The notes under the pieces: generated by a model
The model's database searches: none
What the model was told of the DNA's origin: nothing
Seen by the model: only the letters and a program-made list of their open reading frames with translations
Assembly: GCF_004010195.1 (NCBI RefSeq)
Contig: NC_057728.1
Location: 42,016,844-42,080,843 of the forward strand
Length of the DNA: 64,000 bases
Origin: Chiloscyllium plagiosum
Taxonomy: Eukaryota
Reading direction: 5' to 3'
Shown: positions 12,189-26,505 of the stretch, one piece after another
Numbering within the stretch: position 1 is the stretch's first letter
Layout: every line of letters starts with the position of its first letter
Position numbers and translations under genes: made by a program

Positions 12189-15100
12189 ATTAATTCTGGC
12201 TGTCTGTCTTCTCTGTGTTAACAACCTTCAGCCCATGTTAATACATTACCCCAGTACCGTGAGCTGCTATCTGGTTCAATAAGTGGCACCTTATCGAATG
12301 CCTTCCAGAAGTATGTTACATCTACTACTTTCCCTTTATTTGTTATATTCTCAAAAAATTCTATCAAATTTTTCAATCATGATTGCCCTCACAAACCATG
12401 AAGCTTTCTAAACATCCTGCTATTTCATCCTTAGAAATAGAGTCTAGCATTTTCCCAATGACAAATGTTAGGCTAACTGGCTGATAACTTCTTGTTGCCT
12501 GTCTCACTCTCTTCTTGAACTGGATTGTAATATTCGCAGTTTTTCAATCTGCTGGAATCTTCCCAGAGTCCAGTGAGTTCCAGACTATTTTGATCAATAT
12601 CTCCACCATCTCTGAAACAACTTCCTTTAAAACTCTTGGATGCAGGCCATCAGGTCCTAGTGATTTATTTGCCTTCAGCGACAACATTTTGTTAAATACT
12701 TTGCCTCTCATGATAGAGACTGTTACAAGATCCTTCCTCCCATAGTACCTTGCTTACCTGTTAGCTTATTTGGGATGTTTATAGTATTCTCCCCTGTGAA
12801 GACTGATGCAAAATGTTGCTTAAAATTATCTGCAATTTCCTTCTTCCCCAATTACTAATTCCCAAATGGCATCCTCCAATGATCCTACACTTTATTCTGT
12901 TTCTATTCATGTATCCTTCAAAGCTATTGCTGCTTATTTTTGTAACTCTTGCCAATTTACTTTCATGATTCATTTTCTTCATCTTTATTAACTTTTTAGT
13001 CATCTGCTATTTTCTTAAACATTCCCAATTCTCTGATCTATCGCTGATTTTTGCCACTTTTTATGCCTTAGTTTTTGATTAGATATCCTCATTGACCATC
13101 TTTGTTAAATAGGATGAGCCATCCATAATTATCAAGTTGTTCTTTTTGACTAAAATAAATTTTTGCTGAGCATAATGAAATATCTGTTTGAATGACTGCC
13201 TTTGCTCATCTGCTGAGTTTCTCCTGAGTTTATTTTCCAAACTCACTTTCAACAACCCACTCTTCACGCCTTCATAGTTGCCCTTATTTAATTTGAAAAC
13301 ATTGGTTTGGAACCTGAGTTACACTGAACTTGAAATTCTACCATGTTATGATCACTAATCCCTAAATGGTTCTTAACTATGAATATATCCTTAAGATAAT
13401 GGGTGAGTAGAAAGTGGATAGGATACAAGTACAGAGAATTAGCTAAACTGGGATTTGTAGAGAAGGGAGGATACAAGGCTCGCCAGAGAGTCTTGAAATA
13501 ACCACCTCTGGAGATAAGATAGATGAGAGGGGTAGATTTTAATGTTCGTGGAGTTGAAAACAGTGCATCTTATCAAATTCAGTACAATGCAATTACAGGC
13601 GGCATGAAGAATACCCAGCAGCAGCAAAAAGGTCCTATGGAGGTCGGTAGTCACAGACAGGAAGGATTTCAGAATCACAGCAGAATTGGTTGAAGGGCAT
13701 TCAATTGGTGGCAGTGGCCAAAATAATTGGTTTTGGATTTGGAGTCTAATGTTCAGCTGGCGAAACTTCTAATTCTTCCAAGACAGTATATGTTAAGCAA
13801 TCAATCTGACAACACAAGGGCAGCAGACTGATTTTGAGCAGTTGTGGCAGGTAGAGATCAAACTGATTGCATCCAGTATATGCAGTGGAAGACAATTCTA
13901 GGTCTACAGATGATATTGCGAAGGGAAAAGGCTCACCCCTCTTAATCTCAATGCAATTGAATGATTCCGCTTTTGTCGAATAATACTTCCTCTTCTGATC
14001 TCAGTTCAAAATTCACCAGACCTGGCCACCTGAAATCTAAAGATTTTAGTCATTACTTGTCCAACAAGCAGCACTTGCAGTTCCTTTTTAAGAAAGTAGA
14101 ATTAGATTGAATCATGAAGATGCTTATTTTGTAACGTTGTGGTTACTACTTGTTAACTTGTCTTTAGTCTGAGGCTACTCCTGAGTCATCAAAGTTTCAG
14201 GAAAAATATAATTACTCGCACAAACTCGTCCATTTATCTAGTTAATTGTAACACATGATTGATATGGAATCCTTGACTAGGCAGACTATAGGATATTCTC
14301 CACCAATTTATCGAATATTATATGTAAAACAAACGATGCAAAAGGCTAAGGCCATTAAGGAGCAGACACATTGAGAGTTTTAGGTTCCAATTTACTCAGA
14401 ATCTATGAGTAATAGTGAACAATATGTATTGTGAATGACTAAGTTAGTTAGAGTGGTGATCTGTGATGGAGTTTACTGACTCTCAGTGTCATAAAGAAAC
14501 ATGATTTCCTGCATCAAGTTATTTATTTGAATTCCTTATTGCGAGTGAAAGTGCACACAGGGATAATTACAGTGTGTGTGAGCTGTTTTTACAAGGAAAA
14601 GAAATAATATCAAAGGTCAGTTAATACACATCTGAGTTTAAGCTTCTGTCAAACAAAGGGGAAATTAATAAGTTAATACTAAATGAGTATTACATGGGCA
14701 TCATTTTAATGGCAGTTAGATTATTGCACTAGCAATTCAATATATGATTTAATATTCTGTTTGTCTTTTTAAAACAGCATTGGTATTATTTTTGGAAAAA
14801 TTATATAAAGATCTTCTGTTGTGATGGATTAGTAGCTCTAAAGATTACAAAAATTTAGATTTATATTTTTGTTTCACTGGTGCCTTGTGAGAAGAGGAAA
14901 GCTGATTGGCTAAAGTCCTTTTGAATGACCATTCACAGTGATTGATTTTTAGTTACACATCTGCATTTAAAGAGCTTAACTAATTTGCAGTCCATAACTA
15001 TCAGATAAATTAGAACAATTTAATCTTGTGATTTTTCATGATAACATAAATTATTAATCTTCAATACTCCTCAAATAACTTAAAAGCCTTGGACTTCAGT

Positions 15101-16789
15101 TTGAGAGAAAAATATTAAAAATGAGCTGGGACACTTTAAAAATGGCTACCAAAATCAAATGACCTGAAAGTAGCCAAGTATAATAGGATCATGTAAAGGA
15201 AAGTTGAAATAACATGGCTGAAACTAGCTACTGTCTTGAAACTGTCTACCACACCCAGAAAAGGCTATCCAAGGATAATTACCTGAACGTTAAAATTCAT
15301 GATCACAGGCAATAAAGTTCATAATCTGAAGTGTACATCTCAAACTGAAATCTTGAAAGAGTTCTGGAGATGAGACTGTTCAACTACAGTCATGGACCAC
15401 TCTTCAAATCTTAGAGGAGGGATTGACATCCCCTATCTTTAATCAAAGCGTAATTGCGGAACTCTGATAATGGATCATTGAAACTCTGTTTTAAAAAATG
15501 GATTGTCCCCATTGTGGATGAACATCCTTGCTCACCCCTCCTGTGAGAAGCCATGATTATAAGCCTGTGGTTTTGCTACAGAAAGAAAGTAACATGCAAA
15601 GATGTCTTCCAGAATATTACAACACCTCTCTCTCACTCTTAAATTCTCAAGCTAACTCTGTTACAATTTGGAATACATCAATGAGATAGAGAGTTTAAAA
15701 ATAAAAGGAATTTCAAGGGTCATAGCACCTATTTTGGTCTGGCAGGTTAAAAGACAGTCCCCAGGTGAACAACCAACTTCGCAACCCCCGTCAGAACTTC
15801 ATGATCAATACTGAAATTTTTTTTCTCTTTCAGATCTAACTTTCAAATTTCATCTCCTAACACCTAATAACTTGTTGTATTTGCTTATATTCTAATAGTT
15901 GGGTATAGTACTGAATTCTGGGCAGCATTGACTTTTGAAAATAAGGTTTCTGCTTTTAGCTGAGAGAGTTTATAATAAAATTAAGTCTTTAATTTTGATT
16001 ATTTGAAGAGATCTGTCTGGTTTGATCATTCATAGCTTTATAAACGTTTAAGTACAGAATGAATTGGAAGCACACTTTTTCAGAAATTCCAACTCTGCTA
16101 TACCACCCTCAGGAATCAAAAGAGAGAAATTTATTGACCTCATCCAGACTTTGTGGTAGCAGGTTCACCATTTAAGAAGTAAGGGCTCATTTTTCAGTTC
16201 AGTGCTCATTGAAACATATAATGTTGTAAGCATAGTTATTATTTTGATCTATTAGAAATATGAAAGTCTCAGTATGAATGTATTTTTATTGCAGTCATTG
16301 AATATCACAAATTATGTGTTCCATATTCAATGTTGTCTCTTCATTCAAAGCCTGATTCTCAGTCTGATAGTGTATATTCAATGCAACTACTTAAGAAGGA
16401 AAATATTGTGGTGGCTTCTGGTCCTCTCTTGTAAACATCACAGGTTCTGTTTGATCACTGGATCTTTTACTTAGTTATTTGGCAGGAAAAACCAAATTCT
16501 GTTCAGTGAGGAGACATGAAAATCGGAATGGTTGGTAATACAAGCCAAGTAAAACTATAAAGTTGTAATTATCAATAAATGTCAGACACTTTTCTTCTCG
16601 AACAGATGTGCTCTGAACCTTCTTATTTGCACATGCATTTTTTAGTAACCAGATATGTTGAAATGTCTTAATCATGACATCTAAAGTTTGAAACCAAATT
16701 GTCTTCATATTCTGTTAGAATGCAACCATTCATTGTTGTTTATTCAATATCAAGAAAAAATTCTCCATTCAAATCACTATTGAAGCACC

Positions 16790-17470
16790 AAAAGATATAG
16801 GGGGCCAAAATAATATACCATTCATCTTATTGGGTCTGCTCTGTCATTCAATGAGATCACAGCTGATCTGATCATTCTTACCTCTGCTTTCCTGCCTTTT
16901 TCCCACAATACTGATTTTCTGATTAAAAATTTGTCAATCTCAGCTTTGAATATACTTAACCATCCAACCACCACAGCTCTCTATGAAAAATAATTCCCCA
17001 GATTCACTACTCTTTGAGAAAAGAAATTCTCCTGTCATCTCTGTCATAAATGTACAACCTTTTATTTTGATAGTATGCCTTCTGGTCCTCGACTCTCCTG
17101 TAAGAGGAAACAACCATTCTGGATCTACTCTGTCAAGTTCCCGAAGAATCTTGCATGGGTCAATAAAATTGCCTGTCGTTTTTCTAAATTCAAATGAGTA
17201 CATGCCCAATCTACTCATCCTCTCCTCACAAGACAGTCCCTCCATTCCTGACATCAGCCTAGAGAACCTTCTTTGGACTGCCTCCAATATCAATATATCC
17301 TTCCTTAGATAAGGGTTCAAAACTGGTCATAGTATTCCAGATGGGGTCTGACTAGTGTCATATAGTTTTAGCAAAACCTCCCTACTTTTATACTCCATTT
17401 CTTTTGAAATAGAAACCAACATTCCATTTGTCTTCCCCATTACCTACTGAACTTGGATGCTGGCCTTTCG
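16790..17470 (-). mobile_element. CR1 LINE 3' end
   Basis: ORF 16940..17320, PYLRKDI.ILEAVQRRFSRL. Confidence 0.85.
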
Positions 17471-17599
17471 CAATTCATGGAATGTATGAACTGCTAGAAA
17501 ATGCATTTGAGATCAGGCTAACTGTAATGTCTTCCCCATTGTAAATATTCATCACCTGGACATGTCGATGACAAAATGAACATGAAATGGCAGCAGGAA

Positions 17600-18508
17600 T
17601 AGATCACGGCTGATCTGATTACTCCACAGTCCTGCCGACCCCCAATAATTTTCACCCTCTTTATCAAGAATCTATATAAATTCAAAGTCTCTGCAACTAG
17701 CACCTTTTATGGAAGAGAGTTCCAAAGACTCTCAATCCTCTCTGATCAAAACATTCTTCTTATCTATTTTTAAACAGTGATTCCAAATTCTAGATTCCTC
17801 CACAAGATGAAACATCCTTTCCGTATGCACTGTTCAAGACTCCTTACAGTCTTATATGCTTTAATGAAGTCACTTCTTCTAGGTATTAGTCAAGAAGTGT
17901 GGTGCTGGAAAAGCACAACCAGTCAGGCAGCATCTGAGGAGCAAGAGAGTCGAAGTTTTGAGCATAAGCTCTTCATCAGGAATGTGACCTAGAACTAGGT
18001 GGACTCTCCTGCTCCTCGCATGCTGCCTGACCGGCTGTGCTTTTCCAGCACCATACACTTCGACTCTGATCTCCAGCATCTGCAGTCCTCACTTTCTCTT
18101 CCAGGTCTTAGTTTGGTAAACCTTCTCTATACTGTTCCCAATGTATTCACATTCTTCCTTAAATAAGGAGACCAACACTGTACACAGCACAGTATAACTG
18201 AAGCATAATCTCCCCCTGCTTTTGTTGTCATTTCTCTTTGCAATAAGCACTAACATTCAAGTAGCTTTCCTAACTAGTTGATGTACTTACATACTATCCT
18301 TTAGAAATTCATGCATAAGGACAGCCAAGTCTCTCTGCGTCTTAGAGCTCTGCAATCTCTCACTATTTAGATAATTTACATTTTTTTCATTTTTTCTCTT
18401 CAAATAGACATTTTTACATTTTCCATTTAGCTCCATTTACCAGATCTTTGCCTGCTCACTTAACCTATCTCTATCCCTTTTTATCCTCTTTATGTCCAAT
18501 TCGCAGCT
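17600..18508 (-). mobile_element. CR1 LINE 3' region, degenerate
   Basis: ttccttaaataaggagaccaacactgtacacag reads (C)VQ.WSPYLRK on the minus strand. Confidence 0.75.
17891..18098. mobile_element. PLE family A fold-back insertion
   Basis: Inverted arms around the spacer acctagaactaggt; 14/16 duplication at 17875-17890/18097-18112. Confidence 0.8.
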
Positions 18509-19019
18509 TACATTCCCACTCCACCCATCCCCCTCTGGTATGGTATGATCTTACCATTGAATATCAGGCTATTGTGTCCACAACAGTCAGTAATGTAATT
18601 TAATCCGGGAATCTCCCAACCATGGTCTCCAAGGTCATAATTCCCCAACCTCATACAGCTCACTTCTACTTTCTTCACCAAATCCTCCAAACAGGACTGC
18701 GCAGACAGACCCATTGTTTCTACCTGTTCCTGCCCAATGGAACGTATGTCTTCTTACCTTGACTCGATTTTTCTCCCGTTGTCCATTCTCTTCCCACTTA
18801 CATCCATGATTCTTCTGAGACTTGCCATCAGTTTCAAAATTTCCAGTTTGCAGGCTCCAGCCGCCTCCTCTTTAGTATGGATGTATAATCCTTTCACACA
18901 TCCATCCACCATCAGGATGGTCCCAGGGTTCTCCACATCTTGCTGAAAAGAAAGCCTGAACTGCCCCCAACTATCAGGATACCCTCCTCTGCCTGGCTGA
19001 ACCGTCTTCACTTTGAACA

Positions 19020-19229
19020 TGGAGTCATAGAGATGTACAGCATGGAAACAGACCCTTCGGTCCAACCCGTCCATGCCGAGCAGATATCTCAACCTAGTTT
19101 AGTCCCATTTGCCAGCACTTGTCTCAAATACCTCTTAACCCTTCCTATTTATTTACCCATCCAGATGCCTTTTAAATATTGTAATTGTACTAGCCTCCAC
19201 CACTTCCTCTGGCAGCTCATTCCATACAC
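19020..19229 (-). mobile_element. HER1 LINE 3' tail inserted into the PLE
   Basis: gagtcatagagatgtacagcatggaaacagaccc. Confidence 0.88.
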
Positions 19230-20067
19230 CTTCTCCTTTAATTCCTCTCACATTCTTCAAGTCAAAAGTTGTGGGCGTGAGTATCTGAATGGGCCCCAGT
19301 TATGCCTGTCTCTTTGTAGGGTATGTGTAATATTTCTTGTTACAGTCCTCTTCGGGTCCCTTCCCACAACTCTTTCTCCAGTCTTTCAATGACATCATCA
19401 GTGCTGCTTCCCTCTCCGTCCAGTATTCGAAAGGTTTATCAATTTGGCTTCCAATTTCCAGTCTGCCTTCACCTTGAATTGGTCCATTTCTAACTCCTCC
19501 CTTCCATCCTTTGACATGTTTGTTTCCAATTCTGGCAATAGGCTGGATACAAACATCAACTACAATCGCATCGACTCCCACAGTTACCTTGACTACACAT
19601 TCTCACACCCTACTTCCTGTAAAGACACTGTTCCGTTCTTCTAGTTTTGCTGGCTCTGATGATACTTTCTGCAGGGAGGCCTCAGAAATGTCCATGTTTT
19701 TCCTCGACTGAAGATTCCCAACCACCATGGTTGACAAGGCCCTCAGCTGTGTCTGACAAATTTTTCTCAGTTTGGCCTTCACCCCTTTTGTTCCCTCCCA
19801 CAAGAATAGTATGGTCCTCCTAGTCCACACTTTCCAACTCACGAACAAACAATAGTAAAGGATCATAAGTTGCCATTTTTGCCACCTCGAATGGGACACC
19901 ACCATCAGTCATGTATTATCCTCCTCTCCCTTGTGAGCCTTACACAGAGAGTATTCTCTCTAGCACATCTTGACCCATTCCTCCTACATTCCCAACACCT
20001 CCTCACACCATCCACAGCACCTTCTTATGCAATAGCAGAAGGCATAACACCTACCCATTTATACAGT

Positions 20068-21000
20068 TATAGAGTCAGACATGTACAGCACGGAAACAGA
20101 CCCTTCAGTCCAACTCATCCATACTGACCAGATATCCTAAATTAATGTAGTCCCATTTGCCAGCATTTGGCCCATTTCCCTCTAAACCCTTCCTTTTCAT
20201 GTACCCATCCAGATGCCTTTTAAATGCTGTAACTGTACCAACCTCCACCACTTCCTCTGGCAGCGCATTCCATACATGCACCATCCTCTACATGAAAAAG
20301 CTGCCTCTCAGGTCCCTTTTATATCTTTCCCCTCTCACCCTAAACCTATGCCCTCCAGTTTTGGATTCCCCTAACCTGGGAAAAAGACCTTGGTTATTCA
20401 CCCTCTCTGTGCCCCTCATATTTTTATAAACCTCTATAAGGTCAGCCGTCAGCCTTCGATGCTCCAGAGAAAATAGCCCCAGCCTATTCACCCTCTCCCT
20501 ATATGTCAAACCTTCCAACCCTGGCAACATCCTTGTAAATCTTTTCTGAACCCTTTCAATTGTCATAACATCTTTCCTATAGCAGGGAGACGAGAATTGC
20601 ATGTAGTATTCAAAAGGTGGATTAATAAATGTCCTTTATAACTACAACATGACTTCTCAAGTCCTATACTCAATGCACTGACCAAAGCAAGTTTACCAAA
20701 TGCATTCTTCATCAACCAATCTACCTGTGTCTCCACTTTCAAGGAACTATGAACCTCTTTTTTTTCAGGTGTCGTTGTTCAGCAACACTCCCCAGGACCT
20801 TATCATTAAGTGTATAAGTTCTGCTCAGATTTGCCTTACAAAAAGCAACATCTCACATTTATCTAAATTAAACTCCATCTGTTATTCCTCGGTCCATTGG
20901 CCCATCTGATCCCATTGTACTCTGAGATAACCTTCTTCGCTGTCCACTACACCACCAATTTTGGTGTCATCTGCAAACTTTCTAAGTATATCTCTTATAT
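20068..21000 (-). mobile_element. HER1 LINE 3' ~0.9 kb
   Basis: ORF 20288..20602; FADDTK on the minus strand at ~20960. Confidence 0.9.
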
Positions 21001-24000
21001 TCAGGATGATCCTACAAATGATTGATATATGAGGGAACCATTCAGAAGACAACAGGAAGTGATATCATGAAGATGACAATCACCCTTACGAAACCAATCA
21101 GGAATTGGGCACACGCTGTCTGGCTAATCCATGATTGATCATGAGTTGGTAAAACCTTTGTAAGCCATTGCTCAAGGTTAATAAGCCATTACCTTTAGTG
21201 GACCTGCATTCAGAAAGAGAGTAGGAGACTTTTAGTCAACAAAGCAAGTGCCCAGTCAGTCAGAAATCACCTCGTTATCCATTGCCCCAGACACACTTCC
21301 AGGAGAAGCAGTGATTTACCTGCACTTTATACAATCCAGTCTACTGTACTTGCTTTCACAAAGTGGTCTTCTCTACTCTGGGGAGACAAAACGCAGCCTA
21401 GGTGACTACTTTGCAGAATCCCTACATTATGTCCACAAAAAAGACCCCAATTTTCCAGCTGCCTGCCACTTCAAACACCACTACGTTCCCTGGCCAACAT
21501 CTCTATCTCAGACTTGCTGCAGTGCTCCAGCGAAACACAGTACAAACTGGAAGAACGGCATCTCATTTTCTGCTTGAGGACCCTGCAGTCTTCAGGACTC
21601 CATATCAAGTTCAATATTTTTAGAATATGAACGCCTTCCAAAAGACCACAAGAAATAGGAGCAGAAGTAGGCCGTTCAGTCCTTCAAGCTTACTCCATCA
21701 TTCAATAGGGTCATGGCTGATCTGACATTCTCATGTCTAAATTCATGTGTTTTCCCGTACCCCTTCATTCCCCTATTGATCAAGCATCCATCTATCTCAG
21801 CTTTAAATATACACAAGTACTCTGTCCCCACAGCTCTCTAAGGCAAGGAGTTCCAAAGACTCTCAACCCTCTGAGAGAAGAAATTCCTCCTCATGTCAGT
21901 CTTAAATTGGCAGCCCTTTATTCTGAGACTATGCCCTCTGGTCCCAGACTCTCCCATGACAGAAAACATCCTCTCAGCATTTACCCTGGTAACCCCCTTA
22001 AGAATCCTTTATGTTTTAATGAGACCACTTCTCATTCTTGTAAACTTTAGTGAGTAAAATCCCAAACCATTTAGCCTCATAAGACAATCCCTCCATATCA
22101 GGGACCATCCTAGTGATCCTTCTCTGAACTACTTTCAATGATATATTTCCTTAAATAAGTGGCCCAAAACTGCAAACAGTAACCCGGATGTGGTCTCACC
22201 AGCACCTCATACAGTTGCAGTAAGACTTCCTTGCTCCTATACTCCAACACCAACATTCCATTTCTGGTTACCTTTCCTGGTTACCTGCTGTACCTGTGTG
22301 CTGACTTTCTGTATATCATGCATTTGTTCTATGTTCTAAGTCATTTTGTATTGTAGCTTTCTGCAGTTTTTGTCCATTTAAATAATATTCTGTTCTTTAG
22401 TTCTCGCTTCCAAAGTATAAAGTCAATAATTTTCCCACATTATACTCCACTTGCCAACATTTTTCCCACTGACCTAACCTATCCATATCTCTCTGTAAAC
22501 CGTTTGTATCCATCTTGCAACTTCATTGATTCCTACCCCTTAGCCAATTCTCTGTCCATGTCAATATACTATCTGCAAGATCCTGGGCTTTTATCTTATG
22601 ATGCAATCTTTTGTGAAGTATTTTGTCGAATGCCCTCTAGACTCCATGTTCATCACTCTACTGATTCCTCTTTATCCACTCTAGAGTGATTGAAAAATTT
22701 TAATAAATTAGTAAGATTGTATTTACCTTTCCTGAAGCCATGCAACATTGCTTGATTAGATGATGAATTTCCAAATGTTCTGCTAATATTTCCTTAATAA
22801 TTGATTCCAATGCTTTTCCATTCATACATGTTTGGCTAATTGGCCTATTAGTTACCTGATTTTTGCTCCCTCATATTTTGAATAGGGGTGTGACATTGGC
22901 AATTTTCCAATCCTCTGGTATTTTTCAGAATCCAAGGAGTTTTAGAAAATTACAACCATTGCATCAACTATCTCCATAGCTACCTACTTTAGATTCCTAA
23001 GATACAAGCCATAAGGGCCTGGGGACTTATCTGTTTTTAGCCCCGTTAGTTGTCTCATACTAATACTTTCGAGATGGTGAGGGAGTTTAATTCCTCACCT
23101 GTATTCTTCAGTATTAATTGGATGTTTATGTTTCTGTAATGGCCATGAGATCATTTCATTTAATTCAATGTGTAGCATCAGTTTGTCTCCCTTATTCCAA
23201 ATGCTTCATGCACTGAGATACAAAGTCTTTAAGTTTGTTCTATTATTGAATTTCCTAGTACATTTGTGGCTTCTTGGTGCAATATGACATTCACATATTC
23301 TATCCCTTCCTTTTATTTTCTGGTAACAATCAGCCCAATCAGTAAACTGCAATCTTAACTTCTTTTTTAAGTTTAATTCTTGGTTTTCCATGAAACTGAA
23401 CCCATTTCCACGCTCCCCCCCACCACCACCACCATCTCCCCCACCCCCAATTATTTTGTTCAAAGCCCCAGTTTTGTGATTCCCTGGGATTTTGCTCCCA
23501 GCATGATTGAGATGGAGCACATTCCATCAGAACAGCGTTCTCCTTCCCAGTACTGGTGCCAATGTCCCATGAATTTAAAACCAATTTCACCCACACCAAT
23601 CCTTGAGCATTTACCTCTAATCTTGTTGACCCTGTGGTGATTAGCTCAAAGCTCAGGTAGTAATCCAAAGATTATTATCTTTTTTGATTCTGCTTTTTGA
23701 TTTAGGCCTAGCTGAACATATTCTCTCTGCAGAACTCTTTCCTCTTTCTACTGTAATCATTAGTACCTATGTGGATCACAGCAACTGGATCCTTCCCCTC
23801 CCATCCCAAGTTCCTCTGCAGCCAAGATGGATATCCTGAACCCAGGCACCAGGCAGGCAACATAGCCTTCGGGGCTGTCAATCCTGGCCACAGAGAATGG
23901 TGTCTATTCCCCTGACTATACTATCTCCAATTACAACGATATTTCACCACTCTTTTGAATGCCTCCCTCTACCATACTGCTATGGTCAGTTTGCTCATCC

Positions 24001-24213
24001 TCCTTACATCCCCCACTGTCATCCACACAGAGAACAAGAATCTCAAACCTCTTAGACAAGCTCAGGGCTGAGGTTCTTTCAACACTACCTCCTGGATCCC
24101 TTTACCTGTGTCGCTGATAGTCACATCACCTTGTTTCTGACTATTGACCACATTTAAGGTAGTTAATCTAAGAGGTATGATTGTATTCTGAAACACAGCA
24201 CCCAGGATAACTC

Positions 24214-24552
24214 GCACAGCAAGGTGGCTCAATGGTTAGCACTGCTGCCTCACAGCGGCAGAGACTCTGGTTTGATTCCAACCTTGGATGACTGTGTGGA
24301 GTTTGCACATTCACCCCGTGCCTGTGTGGGTTTCCCCCAGGTGCTCCAGTTTCCTCCCACACTCTAAAGATGTGCAGGTTAGATGAATCGGCCATGCTAA
24401 ATTGCCCGTAGTGTTCAGGGATGTGCAGGTTAGGTGTATTAGTTAGGGGAAATGTACAGCAATAGGGTTGGGGAATGAGTTTGGGTGGGTAACTCTTTGG
24501 AGGGCTTGTTGGGCCAAATAGCCCGTTTCCACACTGTAGGGATTCTATGATT
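24214..24552 (+). mobile_element. HE1-like SINE
   Basis: tRNA-like head, V-domain and tail gggattctatga. Confidence 0.9.
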
Positions 24553-24650
24553 TCTCCCATCTCAGTTTTTGAAGCTCAGATTCCAGCTCATCAAATCTGA
24601 GCTGGAGTCCTTCAAGAAACCAACAATTTCAACAGATGTGGTCATTACTA

Positions 24651-24973
24651 TTAGATTATATTAGATTAGATTAGATTACAGTGTGGAAACAGGCCCTTCG
24701 GCCCAACAAGCCCACACCGACCCGCCGAAGCGCAACCCACCCATACACCTACATTTACCCTTTACCTAACACTACGGGCAATTTAGCATGGCCAATTCAC
24801 CTGACCTGCACATTTTTGGACTGTGGGAGGAAACCGGAGCACCCGGAGGAAACCCACGCAGACACGGGGAGAATGTGCAAACTCCACACAGTCAGTCGCC
24901 TGAGGCGGGAATTGAACCCGGGTCTCTGGCGCTGTGAGGCAGCAGTGCTAACCACTGTGCCACCGTGCCGCCC
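24651..24973 (-). mobile_element. HE1-like SINE, young, with (AATCT)n tail
   Basis: CpG-rich intact head gggcggcacggtggcacagtggttagc; (ttaga)n on the + strand. Confidence 0.93.
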
Positions 24974-25399
24974 TTTACAAACCATAATGGAGTCCACCAA
25001 CTGCTACATCATGTCATTATAACAAATCACCTGGTCTGGCATCTCTTTTTTTTAAGAAGTTCTTTCGTTTTTAAATTTCAGATGCATCTTTTAGTTTTTA
25101 ATTTGTAAAATATTTCTCCTAGTTACCTTCAGTCTGGAAGTAATTTATAGTAGATAGTCAAATTAGCAGCTATTACCAAACAACGAACTTAAGGTTTTTC
25201 TGTGATGTTACTCTTTGTTTTGTGCTCAGCCCTGGTTGTGAACTTTAATTTATTCTGTTAAAAGACCTTACAAACCATGCACCAAAAAAAAATCAAAAAG
25301 CATCACTTCCCCTCTGCACCAAATTCTCACGCAGTTCCAGATTCCCAGAAATATATTCTCACTTGGGTTGTGCCTCATTCCAAAGGTGATCTCTCCTTC

Positions 25400-25760
25400 C
25401 TGATCATGCAAAATTTATCTTCCTCTATGTCCCAGACCCCTGGCTTTGTTGGGCCAAATATTCCCCAACCCTATTGCTGTACATGCTTTCAGTACAGCCA
25501 ACCCATTTTCATCTACTTATGGCCCTCATTTTCACATTTTCTTTCTTCCTGTCCTACCATTACCTTCATCAGGAATCCTGATTAAGGGCTTTTGCCCGAA
25601 ACATCGATTTTCCTGCTCATCGGATGCTGCCTGACCTGCTGTGCTTTTCCAGCACCACTCTAATCTTGACTTCCTTTCAGAAATGCCTGCCAGACCTGCA
25701 GAGTTTCTCCAATAATTTCAGTTTTTGCTTCAGATTTCTCACATCTGCAGTTCCTTCTTA
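25400..25760 (+). mobile_element. PLE 3' remnants: family A terminus (25563-25671, mutated hammerhead) adjacent to a family B terminus
   Basis: cttcatcaggaatcctgattaagggcttttgcccgaaacatc; then gccagacctgcagagtttctcc...catctgcag. Confidence 0.7.
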
Positions 25761-26198
25761 CTTTCCTGCTTATATTTGTGTTGTCAGCAAATTTGGCAAC
25801 CATACCTACTTTCCCTTCATCCATATAATTTATATAATTTCAAAACAGTTGAAACACCAGCACTAATCCTGATAGCATACCACTCATTACATCTTGCTGA
25901 CCAGAAACGACCCACTTGTGCCTAAACTCTGATTCCTATTAGCTCCCAACCTTCTATCCAGGCCTGTATGTTAGCACCAATATCATAAGATTTTACGTCC
26001 TGCAATAACCTTTGATGTGGCACCTAATCAAGTGTCTTCTAGAAATTAAGTCCAGATTATCCATCAGGTCCCCTTTATGAGCACTTGAGCAAAACACTTG
26101 TGGGCTTTATGACACTTTGGGGATCAAAGTGGAAAATCAGAGCTACTTCTCTCTCTTTATCCCACCTATCCCTGGGGAAAAAAGAACTCTACCTTCAT

Positions 26199-26505
26199 TC
26201 ATAGAATCCCTACAATGTGGAAGAAGGCCATTCGGTCCATTGAGTTCACACCGATCATCTGAAGAGCAGGCCCAGAACCACTCTGACCCATCCCCCTACC
26301 CTATCCCTGTAACACTGAATTTCCCATGGCTAACCTACCTAGCCTGCACATCCTTGAACACTATGGGGAAATTTAGTATGGCCAATCCACCTAACCTGTA
26401 CATCTTTGGACTGTGGGAGGGAACTAGAGCACCTGGAGGAAACCCATGCAGACTCAGAGAGAATGTGCAAACTCCACACAGACAGTCTCTTGAGGCTGCA
26501 ATTTG
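26199..26505 (-). mobile_element. HE1-like SINE (head truncated)
   Basis: Tail atagaatccctacaatgtgg; V-domain gaatgtgcaaactccacacagacag. Confidence 0.88.

Larger units (their letters stand above)
10610..13390 (-). mobile_element. Old CR1 LINE (3' tail to EN/RT linker) with nested SINE and PLE insertions
   Basis: Tail aagaaataggagcaga; minus-strand remnants including HLGISDHNMVEF. Confidence 0.8.
18510..21635 (+). mobile_element. Degenerate Penelope-like element (RT plus GIY-YIG), split by two HER1 insertions
   Basis: RPIVS.CSCP.E..SSYLDSI, MDV..., GPSYACLFVGYV, F.LNWSIS..SLP, and GLLYSGETKRSLGDYFAE at ~21361-21420; frameshifts and stops. Confidence 0.8.
21645..25040 (-). mobile_element. Internally deleted CR1 LINE running from 3' tail to ORF1, with nested SINEs
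   Basis: Tail aagaaataggagcagaagtaggcc; RT remnants at 22150-23050; ORF1-like remnants at 23500-24650. Confidence 0.7.

Noticed and set aside
15100..16130. Possible solo LTR (also ~44930-45620 and ~56490-57260)
   Set aside because: Compositionally suggestive, but TG...CA ends, TSD and PBS could not be established.
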